A stretch of DNA of 64,000 bases from a bacterium. GTDB lineage: Bacteria; RBG-13-61-14; DATKZS01. The DNA is taken from contig CAXXFL010000001.1 of the NCBI GenBank assembly GCA_963674965.2, positions 1,184,001 through 1,248,000 of the forward strand. The letters run 5' to 3'. Of the stretch, positions 1-8,946 are shown in pieces (positions within the stretch are counted from its first letter, which is position 1; each line of letters starts with the position of its first letter). The notes under the pieces were generated by a model that saw only the letters and a list, made by a program, of their open reading frames with translations, was not told where the DNA came from and did no database searches. The position numbers and the translations under genes were made by a program.

Positions 1-7
1 GCGGGGC

Positions 8-2488
8 GTGGGCGAGGTGGCCATGGAGGTCGAGTCGCTCGGCGGCGACCTCAACGCCTTTACCAGCTACGACCGCACGGTTTTCCATATAACTCTGGCC
101 AGCCGCTATTACGACCGGGCCCTGGATATTCTTTCGGACCTGACCCATAACGCGACGTTCGATCCCGTCGAGGTCGACCGTGAGCGGGAGGTGGTAAGAG
201 AGGAAATCCGCAGGGGCAAGGACAACCCCTCTTCCCGCGTTTACAAGTACCTGTTCGAGAAAGCCTACAGGGAGCACACATACCGGCGTCCCGTCATCGG
301 CTACGACGATAACGTGAAGTCCTTTACCAGCGCCGACCTGAAAAATTTTTACGAGAAATGGTACGTGCCCGAGAACATGACCGTGGTCGTCACCGGCGAC
401 GTGGACTCGGGACGCGTTATAAGGGACGTGGAAAAATGGTTCGGCGACTTCTCCGGTCCCGCTCCTTCCTCGAGCCCAAGGGACGCGGTCGAGACGGTGC
501 AGATTTCGCCGCGGGAAAAGGTCTACCGGGAGGACGTAAGCGAGGGCTGGATGTACCTGGGCTTTCATATCCCCGCCTTCGCCCATGAGGACATGGCCGC
601 GCTGGACGTGATGTCGGTTATTATCGGCGGCGGCGAGACCTCGCGGCTGGTCTACAGGGTGAGAACGCAAAAGCGGCTGGTGAGCAGGATATGGGCCTAC
701 GCCTATACGCCCCGCGACCCCGGCCTTTTCCTTGTAGGCTGCAACGTCAAGGAGGACAAGTCACGCGAGGCCCTCGAGCAGATTCTCAAGCAGATGTACG
801 TCCTCAAACACGAGACGGTGGATGACTGGGAGCTGCAAAAGGCCAAGATCACCCTCGAGACCGACTCCATATACTCGAGGGAGACCGTGGACGGCCAGGC
901 GAGAAGGCTGGGCTATTACATGACCCTCACGGGCGATCCCTACTTCGAGGACAAGTACCTCGAGAAAATAAAGAACGTCACCGCCGAGGATATTAAGAAA
1001 GCGGCGAAAAAATACTTCTCCGGCCAGAACTTGACGGCCGTGGCCATAATGCCGGACAAGAATTCCAATTCCCACTCCATCGACGAGCAAAAGGTCAATT
1101 CCATAATAAGGGACGTGGACAAATGGGACTCCGGCTACTCGATCGGGAGCCTCAACCTTTCCCGGCCTGACCCTCCCGAGATACCCGAGGCCGAGGTCGC
1201 GCCCTCTGAAAAGGGCGGGATACCTCTTTACTCGCCGCCCGAGAAGTTCGTCCTATCCAACGGCGTGAAGCTGATCGTGAGGGAGAACCACTCCGTGCCG
1301 CTGGTCTCGGTCCGGGCCGCCTTCAAGGGGGGCCTACGCCTCGAGAACCGCGAGAACAACGGGATAAACAATTTCATCGCCGACGCCATCACCAAGGGAA
1401 CGGTGAATTATACCTCCCACGAGATCGACTCCTTTATCGAGGCCCGGGCCGGTTCCATCTCCGGCTTTTCCGGGCTGAGCTCGCTGGGCGTAACCATGGA
1501 GCTGCCCAGCCAGTACTTCCACGGCGCCCTTCCCGTGTTCGCCGACGTCATCCGGTTCCCCACCTTCCCCTCCAAGGAGGTAGAGGCCGAGCGGGAGATA
1601 ATCATCTCGAGCATCAAGAACAACCTTGACCAGCCCGGCAAGCTGGCCCGGCGGCTTTTCGAGTCCACCCTCTACGAGGAACACCCCCTGGGCATGGACA
1701 CCATGGGCACGGAGACCAGCGTGAGGGGGCTGACCTGCTCGGACCTGCGCGACTACTACGAAGCCCTTTCCGTTCCCGGTAACCTGGTCATAGCCGTGGT
1801 GGGAGACGTCGAGGCGGCCAAGGTTAAAAACGACTTCGAGAAGCTCTTCAAGGACTGGGCCGCCGAGCCCTTCCAACCGGCCGCGGCTCCTCCCGAGCCG
1901 CCCCCAGCCCGGGTCAGGGAGGTCAGCGAGTGCCGCGACGTGGAGCAGACGAACATCATCATCGGCTTCCAGGGCCTCAGGGTGACCAGTGAGGACCGCT
2001 ATCCCATGGCGGTCCTGGGCTCGGTCCTTTCCGGCATGTCGGGAAGACTCTTCTCCACCCTCCGCGAAAAACAAAGCCTGGCCTACGGCGTGGCGGCCTT
2101 CAGCACCGAGGCCCTCGATCCCGGCTTCCTGGGCGTGTCCATCGGCACCTCCCCGGAAAAGGAGGCCCAGGCCACGGAGGGATTGTTAAAGGAACTCGAG
2201 AAGGCCAGAAACGAGCGCGTGACCGACGAGGAACTGACCCGGGCCAAGGAGGTCCTCATCGGGGAGTACGAGATCGGACAGCAAAAACTCTCGACCCAGG
2301 CCGCCAACTACGCCCTCGACGAGCTCTACGGCATGGGCTACGAGGAGGCCGACAATTACGCGAGAAGGATCGAGAGCGTCACCGCCGCGGACGTTCAGAG
2401 GGCGGCCGAGAAGTATTTAAAGGAGAACGCTCACGTCATCGCCGTGGTCAGGCCCTGCGGGTTCCAGGCCAAGGCCGAAGTCGAGTAG
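8..2488 (+). CDS. M16 family (pitrilysin-like) zinc peptidase, two-lobed single-chain type; 5'-truncated by window edge
   Basis: GGDLNAFTSYDRTVF, E..VVREE, HTYRRPVIG, FYEKWYVPENM motifs; second M16 half starts at LSNGVKLIVREN; frame is open to the window start, so the HxxEH motif lies upstream. Confidence 0.9.
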   Translation: MGEVAMEVESLGGDLNAFTSYDRTVFHITLASRYYDRALDILSDLTHNATFDPVEVDREREVVREEIRRGKDNPSSRVYKYLFEKAYREHTYRRPVIGYDDNVKSFTSADLKNFYEKWYVPENMTVVVTGDVDSGRVIRDVEKWFGDFSGPAPSSSPRDAVETVQISPREKVYREDVSEGWMYLGFHIPAFAHEDMAALDVMSVIIGGGETSRLVYRVRTQKRLVSRIWAYAYTPRDPGLFLVGCNVKEDKSREALEQILKQMYVLKHETVDDWELQKAKITLETDSIYSRETVDGQARRLGYYMTLTGDPYFEDKYLEKIKNVTAEDIKKAAKKYFSGQNLTAVAIMPDKNSNSHSIDEQKVNSIIRDVDKWDSGYSIGSLNLSRPDPPEIPEAEVAPSEKGGIPLYSPPEKFVLSNGVKLIVRENHSVPLVSVRAAFKGGLRLENRENNGINNFIADAITKGTVNYTSHEIDSFIEARAGSISGFSGLSSLGVTMELPSQYFHGALPVFADVIRFPTFPSKEVEAEREIIISSIKNNLDQPGKLARRLFESTLYEEHPLGMDTMGTETSVRGLTCSDLRDYYEALSVPGNLVIAVVGDVEAAKVKNDFEKLFKDWAAEPFQPAAAPPEPPPARVREVSECRDVEQTNIIIGFQGLRVTSEDRYPMAVLGSVLSGMSGRLFSTLREKQSLAYGVAAFSTEALDPGFLGVSIGTSPEKEAQATEGLLKELEKARNERVTDEELTRAKEVLIGEYEIGQQKLSTQAANYALDELYGMGYEEADNYARRIESVTAADVQRAAEKYLKENAHVIAVVRPCGFQAKAEVE

Positions 2489-2539
2489 AACGTATCGATT
2501 GTGGCGAGGGGACTCGGGCGTCCGGTTGCGCTCGAGTCC

Positions 2540-2569
2540 TTGACATTTGCTTTCCGCTTTCAATATGAT
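2540..2569 (+). promoter_or_regulatory. sigma70-type promoter for nitronate monooxygenase-like gene
   Basis: TTGACA (2540-2545), 18 nt spacer, TATGAT (2564-2569); AGGAGG RBS before ATG 2629. Confidence 0.6.
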
Positions 2570-2628
2570 GTTCCCGTGGTCCGGCCTTTTTCCGGGTTGG
2601 CCGCGCATTTTCAAACCAGGAGGCAACC

Positions 2629-3600
2629 ATGTTTCAGACCGAAATGACCCGAATGCTTGGCATCGAGTACCCCATCGTGGGCGGCGCCATGATGCATCTT
2701 TCCACCCCCGAGTACGTTGCGGCCATCTCCGAGGCCGGCTGTCTCGGTCTCCTGGCCTCCGCCATGTGGAAGACCAAGGAGGAGTTCCGGGACGCCGTGC
2801 AAAAGACAAAGGGCCTTACCAAAAAGCCCTTTGGCGTCAACCTGAACCTTTTCCCCGCCATGCGGCCCATCGACAACAAGGAGTACATGGGGGTCATGAT
2901 CGACGAGGGCGTCAAGATCGTCGAGACCTCGGGCCACAAGGCCCCCGAGGACCTGGCCAGGGAATTCAAGGCCAACGGCATGACCTGGATGCACAAGTGC
3001 GTGGGGGTTCGCTACGCTAAAAAAGGCGAGTCCCTCGGCGCGGACATGATCACCGTGGTGGGATACGAGAACGGCGGGGCCACCGGCGTGCTTGACATAG
3101 GCACTTTCGTGCTCGTGCCCTCCGTGGTCGAGGCCCTGAAAGTTCCCGTCATCGGGGGAGGAGGAGTAAGCAACGGGGCCGGCCTGGTGGCCATCATGGC
3201 CCTCGGCGCCAAGGGCGTCATCATGGGCACGCGCTTCCTCCTGGCCGACGAGTGCCCCATCCATCTCAACCTGAAAAAGGCACTGGCCGAGGCGGCGGAA
3301 ACCGACACCGTGCTGGTGATGCGGTCCATCGGCAACACCCACCGGCTCTGGAGAAACGAGGTGGCCGACAAAATAGTCGAGATCGAGTCCCGAGGCGGGA
3401 CCCTCCAGGAGATAATCAAGGCCGCGGCGGGGGAGCACGACCGGGCCATGTTCGAGTCGGGCGACGTGAGCAAGGGTACCGTATCCTGCGGACAGGGCGT
3501 GGGCCTGTGCCGTGAGGTAAAGCCGATGAAGGAGATCGTTCAGGATATCATGAAGGAAGCCCGGGAGGTCGCCAAGAGAATCGGAACCATGGCCGGTTGA
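2629..3600 (+). CDS. nitronate monooxygenase / FabK-like enoyl-reductase family flavoprotein
   Basis: LGIEYPIVGGAM, AAISEAGCLGLL, KPFGVNL, PVIGGGG, GVIMGTRF, CGQGVGL motifs. Confidence 0.85.
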   Translation: MFQTEMTRMLGIEYPIVGGAMMHLSTPEYVAAISEAGCLGLLASAMWKTKEEFRDAVQKTKGLTKKPFGVNLNLFPAMRPIDNKEYMGVMIDEGVKIVETSGHKAPEDLAREFKANGMTWMHKCVGVRYAKKGESLGADMITVVGYENGGATGVLDIGTFVLVPSVVEALKVPVIGGGGVSNGAGLVAIMALGAKGVIMGTRFLLADECPIHLNLKKALAEAAETDTVLVMRSIGNTHRLWRNEVADKIVEIESRGGTLQEIIKAAAGEHDRAMFESGDVSKGTVSCGQGVGLCREVKPMKEIVQDIMKEAREVAKRIGTMAG

Positions 3601-3628
3601 AAAAAACCGGCGCCGCGAGGAGTAAAAA

Positions 3629-4255
3629 ATGGCTGACGAAAGAAAAGAAGTAATTTTCAGGCCGATCGGGTTCGTAAGGTCCCCCTATAAAAAGGGAGGC
3701 TTCACCCCCTTCCAGCCCCTCGAGCGGGAGGAGGGAAAATCGCAAATCGAGCTTTTTCCCGAGTACGCGCCTTGCCTTGACCGGCTGGCGGACTTCAACT
3801 ACGTGATCGTGCTCTTTTACGCCCATGAAACGGACGGCGAGTGGACGCCGAAAGTGAAGCCGCCCTGGGCCAAGGGGGCCGAGGTCGGGCTCTTCGCCTC
3901 GCGCTCTCCCAGGCGTCCCAATTGCATAGGCCATTCCATCGCCCGGCTCCGGGGCATCGAGGGAAACGTTCTTCACCTGTCGGCGCTTGACGCCTTCGAC
4001 GGGACGCCGGTCCTGGATATCAAGCCCTATATAAAGGGACTGGACGACCGGGCCGACGCCAACGCCGGCTGGATCGAGGAAATGGACGGGCACGATCACC
4101 TGCTCCAGCATATAAGAGGCGTTCCTCACGACCATGGCCACGATCACGACCACGACCATTCCCATGGTCACGATCATCATCACGACCATGACGGCGGGCG
4201 CGACCGCGGCCACAAGCACGACCATCACCACGGTCACGAGCACGACGACGAGTGA
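3629..4255 (+). CDS. tsaA: TsaA/TrmO-like SAM-binding tRNA methyltransferase domain with His-rich C-terminal tail
   Basis: FRPIGFVRSPY, GLFASRSPRRPNCIG, LDAFDGTPVLDIKPY signature motifs. Confidence 0.85.
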   Translation: MADERKEVIFRPIGFVRSPYKKGGFTPFQPLEREEGKSQIELFPEYAPCLDRLADFNYVIVLFYAHETDGEWTPKVKPPWAKGAEVGLFASRSPRRPNCIGHSIARLRGIEGNVLHLSALDAFDGTPVLDIKPYIKGLDDRADANAGWIEEMDGHDHLLQHIRGVPHDHGHDHDHDHSHGHDHHHDHDGGRDRGHKHDHHHGHEHDDE

Positions 4256-4309
4256 AAAGCGAAGAAGGCGCCGGTTATGGGCGCCTTCCTTACTTTGGCG
4301 GGCATTCGC

Positions 4310-5560
4310 TCAGCGGGACCGCCACACGCTCCAGGCGTTGCGGGCGAAGGAGGGCAGCATTTTCGCCACCAGCGTCGGCCACCCGCTTTCAGGCCCCTTG
4401 TAATTCGGGGTGGGGCTCATCTCGATGGCCTTGTGCTCGTCGCAGGCCACCTGACAAAGGCCGCAGCCCACGCAGCGCTCGGCGGCGTGGACCCTGGTCT
4501 TGCCCTTGGTGTCCACCGTGATGGCGCCCATGGGACAGGCCCGGGCGCATTTGCCGCAGTGGTTGCACTTGGCGGTCAGGAACCGGGGCATGAAGTGGGG
4601 CGGGGCTATGAGGCCCGGCACGTTGAACTCGGTAATGGACCGGAGGTTGTGACAGCAGCAGCCGCAGCACGAGCATGAGCCCGAGGAACGCAGCCCGGAG
4701 GACTCGTTGAACATCCAGCTTACCATGCCGTCCTTTTCCGCCGCCGCCTTGATCTCGAGCACGTCCTTTTTGCCGATCTCGCGCATCATGTCCTGGCGGA
4801 CCAGGTAGTCAACGATATCGCCGAAGGCCACGCAGTTCTCGGTCTCCTTGCCGCAGCCCTGGCCCGTCAGTTCCATGGTCATGCGGCACTGGCAGTGGCC
4901 CACGGCGAACTTGTCGTACATGTCGAGGATTTCCTCCATCTTGTCCGAGGGCCAGGCCATGGGGATGGCCGTCACCGCTTGTTGCGCGGGAATGTACCTC
5001 GTAAGGGGGGCCGCCGCCGGGTACTTGGCGTAGTCCATAAGATAGCCCGTCTCCCAGATGGTCTCGAAAAGCTCGGCGAACTTCTGGTGCCATTCGGAAA
5101 TGGTGCTCTTGTCGGTCCGCATGAGGACGGACTCGAACACGCCCGGCACCAGGGGCATGATGAAATACCTTTTCTTGCCCTCCGGACCGGACTCGATTAT
5201 GATCCGCTTCTCGTGGGCCAGCCGATGAAGGACTTGCTTGACCTCGCTCTCGGGACGGTTCGAGGCGCGGACCAGGTCGTCCACCGTCTGCCCGCGAGTC
5301 AAAGGCTTCAAATGGCTGAAAAGGTCGGCCTCCTCCTCGGTGAATATGTGCTCGACGATGGCGATAAGCTCGTCGCAGATGGGAGGACCCATTAATAAGG
5401 GGCTGGAAAACTTTTTGGCCGCCTCGAGATAGTATTTCGAGAGCGACGGGTAATCGCCCGGCTTCTTCGGCTTCACGTTCCTCACCCGCGGCTCGCTCGG
5501 GCCGATCACGCCCGACTCGATCCTGATAATGCGCTTCCTTGCCTCCTTGCCCTTGTCCAT
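4310..5560 (-). CDS. 4Fe-4S dicluster domain protein (Cys-rich ferredoxin family common in Desulfobacterota)
   Basis: CQCR, CSCCGCCC, CNHCGKCARACP and CVGCGLCQVAC motifs; AGGAGG RBS. Confidence 0.8.
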   Translation of the reverse strand: MDKGKEARKRIIRIESGVIGPSEPRVRNVKPKKPGDYPSLSKYYLEAAKKFSSPLLMGPPICDELIAIVEHIFTEEEADLFSHLKPLTRGQTVDDLVRASNRPESEVKQVLHRLAHEKRIIIESGPEGKKRYFIMPLVPGVFESVLMRTDKSTISEWHQKFAELFETIWETGYLMDYAKYPAAAPLTRYIPAQQAVTAIPMAWPSDKMEEILDMYDKFAVGHCQCRMTMELTGQGCGKETENCVAFGDIVDYLVRQDMMREIGKKDVLEIKAAAEKDGMVSWMFNESSGLRSSGSCSCCGCCCHNLRSITEFNVPGLIAPPHFMPRFLTAKCNHCGKCARACPMGAITVDTKGKTRVHAAERCVGCGLCQVACDEHKAIEMSPTPNYKGPESGWPTLVAKMLPSFARNAWSVWRSR

Positions 5561-5626
5561 GCGTTCCTCCTTGCGATTTGGTATTGGAATAAGCTTATTA
5601 TAGACGCTAAAGCGAGGGCAAGACCC

Positions 5627-5666
5627 AAAAAGTTACCGGCCCGGGATGGCGCCCCGAGCCGGTAAG
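5627..5666 (-). terminator. Rho-independent terminator after VIT/VWA gene
   Basis: minus strand CTTACCGGCTCGGGG...CCCGGGCCGGTAAC followed by TTTTT. Confidence 0.65.
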
Positions 5667-5683
5667 GTTGAGAGCCCTTATGG

Positions 5684-8020
5684 CTATTGCATGTCCAGGG
5701 TCACGGTGATGGTCTCTCCACCCGAGGAAGGCGCGGGGAAGCTAATCTTTTTAATGATTTCCATGACGCACTTCTCGAGACGCTTGCTGCTCAGCTCGTC
5801 CTTCACGACCTCGACCTTGACGACCTTGCCGTTCGAGTCGATCTCGATCTTAAGCTCGAGCTTGCCCGAGATTCCCGACCCGGAGACGGCGGAGCTCAGG
5901 CAAACGTCGATATCGGCCATCTTGGCCTCGATGGCCTTCCTGACGGCCGACTCGGAAAGCGAATTCGTCTCCACCTTCACGATGGTCGCGGACAAGTCCT
6001 TGTCGTCGCTCGGACCTTCATCGAAGCATTCCTCTCCGAGCGCGTAGTAGGCGGACTTGGCCGGGGCCATGGATTTCATCCTCATCGCTCCGCCAAACCC
6101 GCGGCCGGAGGCGGGCGAGGACCCCACGGCGTAATCGGAGACGCCCTGCGGCAGGGGAAGAGGCTGCTTGACCGTCGTGGCCTTGCCGTCTTTGAGCCTG
6201 ACCTCGGAGTCGATGGCCACGAAGGAAGTGTAGGCGGTGAGCAGGTTATAGGTGAGGCCCAGGTCGGTTACCTCTTTGACCCTCTCGTCGTTCGGGGCCA
6301 GTTGGTTATAGTCGTCGAGCACGGTTATCCGCTGCCTGGCCCAGAGGTAGCGAAGGGCCGCGTTGGTTTCCCTGGGGTTGGCCGAGGCCACGTCGATGGT
6401 CTGAGAGTATTCGCCCTCGCCCGTTTTTCCGGTCAGCTTGATCTCGCCTTTCGGGCTTCCCTTGTATTTGCCGAAGACCACCACCGGCCGCTCGGCCAGC
6501 ACGTCGGGGACGCTGGGCGGCTCGACGTCGTAGACCTTGAAGGACCCGTAATCGATCTCGACGTTGGTCAGGGCCGGGGTGGAGATGAGCTTCCTGAACT
6601 TGTCCGCCGTGCCCTTGGCCTTGCCGGGCTCGGTGATGATATAAGGCTCGCCCATGCCCACGCGGGCCATGCCCTCGATGATGAAGCGGTTGACGCTCGA
6701 GCCGATGCCGAAGGCGAAGACGTTGGCCTCGTTGAGATTGTCCCGGATAAGGTCGAAGGCCTCCTTCTCGACCGAGACGTAGCCGTCGGTCACGATGATG
6801 ATGGTGCGAGAGAAACCCTCCGTACCCGGAAGGTCCATGGCCCGCTTGAGGGCCGGAAGAAGCTCGGTGCCGCCGCCGCCCTGCTGGTTGTCGATCACGT
6901 CGATGGCTTTCTGGACGTTGCGCTCGTTGGCGGGCAGGCTCTTCTCGCTCATCACCGTGTTGGACGAGGCGAAAAGAAGGACGTTGAAGCGGTCGGTGGG
7001 CTTGAGGCCGCCGATGAGGTCGCTAAGGAGCTTCTTCGAGATATCCAGGGGAAACCCGTTCATCGAGCCGGACACGTCCACGATAAAGACGTACTCGCGG
7101 GGAGGGATTTCACTCTCGCTGATTTTTTCAGGGGGCTGGGTCATGAGGAGGAAGAAGTTCTCGTCTTTTCCCTCGTACAGGATGAGGCCCGACTCGATCT
7201 TGCCGCCCTGAAGCTGGTATTGAAGGATGAAGTCGCGGTTGCCGCCCTTTTTGTCGGACGGGTCCAGCTCGATCTTGGCGTCGGCCTTGCCGTCGTAGGT
7301 CACGTCCACTTTATGGGTGTCGCAGCTTATCTTGCCGATGGGAAGACCGGCCGAGATATTGACCTTGATCCCGAAACCGTAGGGCGCGTCCTCCCCCTCG
7401 TGGAGATAAGGGTTCTTAACCCAGCTCTCGCTCGCCGGGGCCGAGGCCTCGGGCTGGTTCGAGTACCTGGGACCCACCACGGTGGGATAGGAAAACTCGT
7501 AAATCCCGTCAGTGGGAACGAGAAGCTCGGTGTATTTGAGCTCGACCACTATCCGATCGCCGGGCAGGATGTTGGCCACGTTCATCTGGAAGACGTTGGG
7601 CCGCCGCTGCTCGAGGAGGGAAGCGCTTTTGCCTTCCTCCTTGGCCTGCTCGTATTCCTGGCGGGCTTTTTCCTTTTCCTTTATTTTGGCCACGATGGTC
7701 CGCTCGCCTATGGTCATCTTCATGCCGTAGACGGCGGCCCTGGTCGAGGCCGGGAAGATGTAGATGGCCTCGATGGGCTTCTTGCCGTCGTTCTTATATA
7801 CCTGGGTCACGACCACGTCGGCGATGACGCCGGCTATGTTCACGTCCGCCGAGGTCGACTCGAGCGAGAACTGGTCCACCTCGGCGTCGTCGCCGGTAAC
7901 CAGAAAATATGGCGACAGGGTTTTATCCTCCGCGGTCGTGGGCACGGCCCCCGACGGCGAGCTAAGTAAAAAAACCGACAAAACCATCGCGGTCAGGGCG
8001 CCCAACAAGATGTATCTCAT
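5684..8020 (-). CDS. secreted VIT + von Willebrand factor A domain protein with C-terminal TonB-C/AgmX-like domain
   Basis: signal peptide; VIT (IEAIYIFP..AAVYGMKMTIG..ASLLEQ..NVFQMNVANI); MIDAS DVSGSM, GGGTEL, IIVTDG; YTSFVAID; C-terminal G..ELKIEIDSNGKV..FPAP. Confidence 0.88.
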   Translation of the reverse strand: MRYILLGALTAMVLSVFLLSSPSGAVPTTAEDKTLSPYFLVTGDDAEVDQFSLESTSADVNIAGVIADVVVTQVYKNDGKKPIEAIYIFPASTRAAVYGMKMTIGERTIVAKIKEKEKARQEYEQAKEEGKSASLLEQRRPNVFQMNVANILPGDRIVVELKYTELLVPTDGIYEFSYPTVVGPRYSNQPEASAPASESWVKNPYLHEGEDAPYGFGIKVNISAGLPIGKISCDTHKVDVTYDGKADAKIELDPSDKKGGNRDFILQYQLQGGKIESGLILYEGKDENFFLLMTQPPEKISESEIPPREYVFIVDVSGSMNGFPLDISKKLLSDLIGGLKPTDRFNVLLFASSNTVMSEKSLPANERNVQKAIDVIDNQQGGGGTELLPALKRAMDLPGTEGFSRTIIIVTDGYVSVEKEAFDLIRDNLNEANVFAFGIGSSVNRFIIEGMARVGMGEPYIITEPGKAKGTADKFRKLISTPALTNVEIDYGSFKVYDVEPPSVPDVLAERPVVVFGKYKGSPKGEIKLTGKTGEGEYSQTIDVASANPRETNAALRYLWARQRITVLDDYNQLAPNDERVKEVTDLGLTYNLLTAYTSFVAIDSEVRLKDGKATTVKQPLPLPQGVSDYAVGSSPASGRGFGGAMRMKSMAPAKSAYYALGEECFDEGPSDDKDLSATIVKVETNSLSESAVRKAIEAKMADIDVCLSSAVSGSGISGKLELKIEIDSNGKVVKVEVVKDELSSKRLEKCVMEIIKKISFPAPSSGGETITVTLDMQ

Positions 8021-8065
8021 TTTTATCTCCTTTCAATTCGAGGCCTTTTCGGCCGTTTCCATAAT

Positions 8066-8092
8066 ATAACGGCCGGCCGGCGGGAAAGTTCA
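8066..8092 (-). promoter_or_regulatory. putative ECF-sigma promoter upstream of VIT/VWA gene
   Basis: minus strand TGAAC-16 nt-CGTTAT matches the AAC..N16..CGT ECF pattern. Confidence 0.4.
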
Positions 8093-8258
8093 TCATCCGA
8101 ATCATTTTGAATTATAGAGGACTGGGATTGGAAAACAAAGACCGGGCCTTTCCGGGGATAGGGTAGGAGGGGGACTCGCGGCTCCCTTCCTCTCACGCGG
8201 TCGCGCGTAAGTTTCCATACAGCGGTTCCCGACTTGCCATGCCGGGCGCGCCGCGTAT

Positions 8259-8287
8259 AAAAAGACGCGCCGAGGCGCGTCTTTTTT
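8259..8287. terminator. bidirectional intrinsic terminator
   Basis: AAAAAGACGCGCC-GA-GGCGCGTCTTTTTT inverted repeat with A/T tails on both sides. Confidence 0.8.
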
Positions 8288-8309
8288 ACCTTAATTGCCT
8301 TTTCGAAAA

Positions 8310-8900
8310 TCAGTCGCCGTAATACCCCGCCTCCTCGAGGGCGGTCTCGACGTTATCGCACCAGCGTTGGCTTTCCTCGACGGTTATCACGTTGTCGGCG
8401 GATATGAACTGAAGCTCCCTGAACTCCGTCTCGTATTGCTGGGACCAGTTCACGAAGCCCAGGCGCTCGATCTCTGAATTGAAGGCCTGGAAGTCGGTCC
8501 GGACCCTCTCGATCTCCTCATCGGTATGGTCGTCGCTGAGCTTGTTGATGAAATCCTGCTCGGCAACGCCCATAAGGCCCGACATCATCTCGGACCCTTT
8601 ATTGGCGCAAAGCAGTATCCCTCCCACCGCGCTCCCGACCCCAAGGAAAAGGATGAGGCCGCACCCGATAAGCAGGAACTTAAGGCCCGACCCTCCCGAG
8701 GCGGGAGGTGGAGGCGGAGGCTGGTAGGATTGAGCCCCCCAGCCGCCGGGGTAGGGAGACCCGGGCGGAGGCTGAGCCGGTCCGGGCGGATACCCGCCGG
8801 GCGGTCCCGCGCTGGGGCCTCCTCGCGGGGAAAGAGAAAAACGAGGCCCGAGGGAAAATATTCCCTCGAGCCCTTTAGCAAACGATAGTATCCGATGCAT
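8310..8900 (-). CDS. hypothetical single-pass membrane protein with Pro/Gly-rich N-terminus
   Basis: PPGGYPPGP-rich region, hydrophobic helix FLLIGCGLILFLGVG, acidic helical C-terminus; GGAGAGG RBS. Confidence 0.65.
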   Translation of the reverse strand: MHRILSFAKGLEGIFSLGPRFSLSPRGGPSAGPPGGYPPGPAQPPPGSPYPGGWGAQSYQPPPPPPASGGSGLKFLLIGCGLILFLGVGSAVGGILLCANKGSEMMSGLMGVAEQDFINKLSDDHTDEEIERVRTDFQAFNSEIERLGFVNWSQQYETEFRELQFISADNVITVEESQRWCDNVETALEEAGYYGD

Positions 8901-8946
8901 TTTCCATCCTCTCCATCCGTCGTCCCAGAGGGAGTGGAACCGGCCG

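Noticed and set aside
5687-7969. 760-aa + strand ORF antisense to the VIT/VWA gene
   Set aside because: Shadow ORF in exact codon register with a well-supported gene; typical of high-GC codon bias, no motifs
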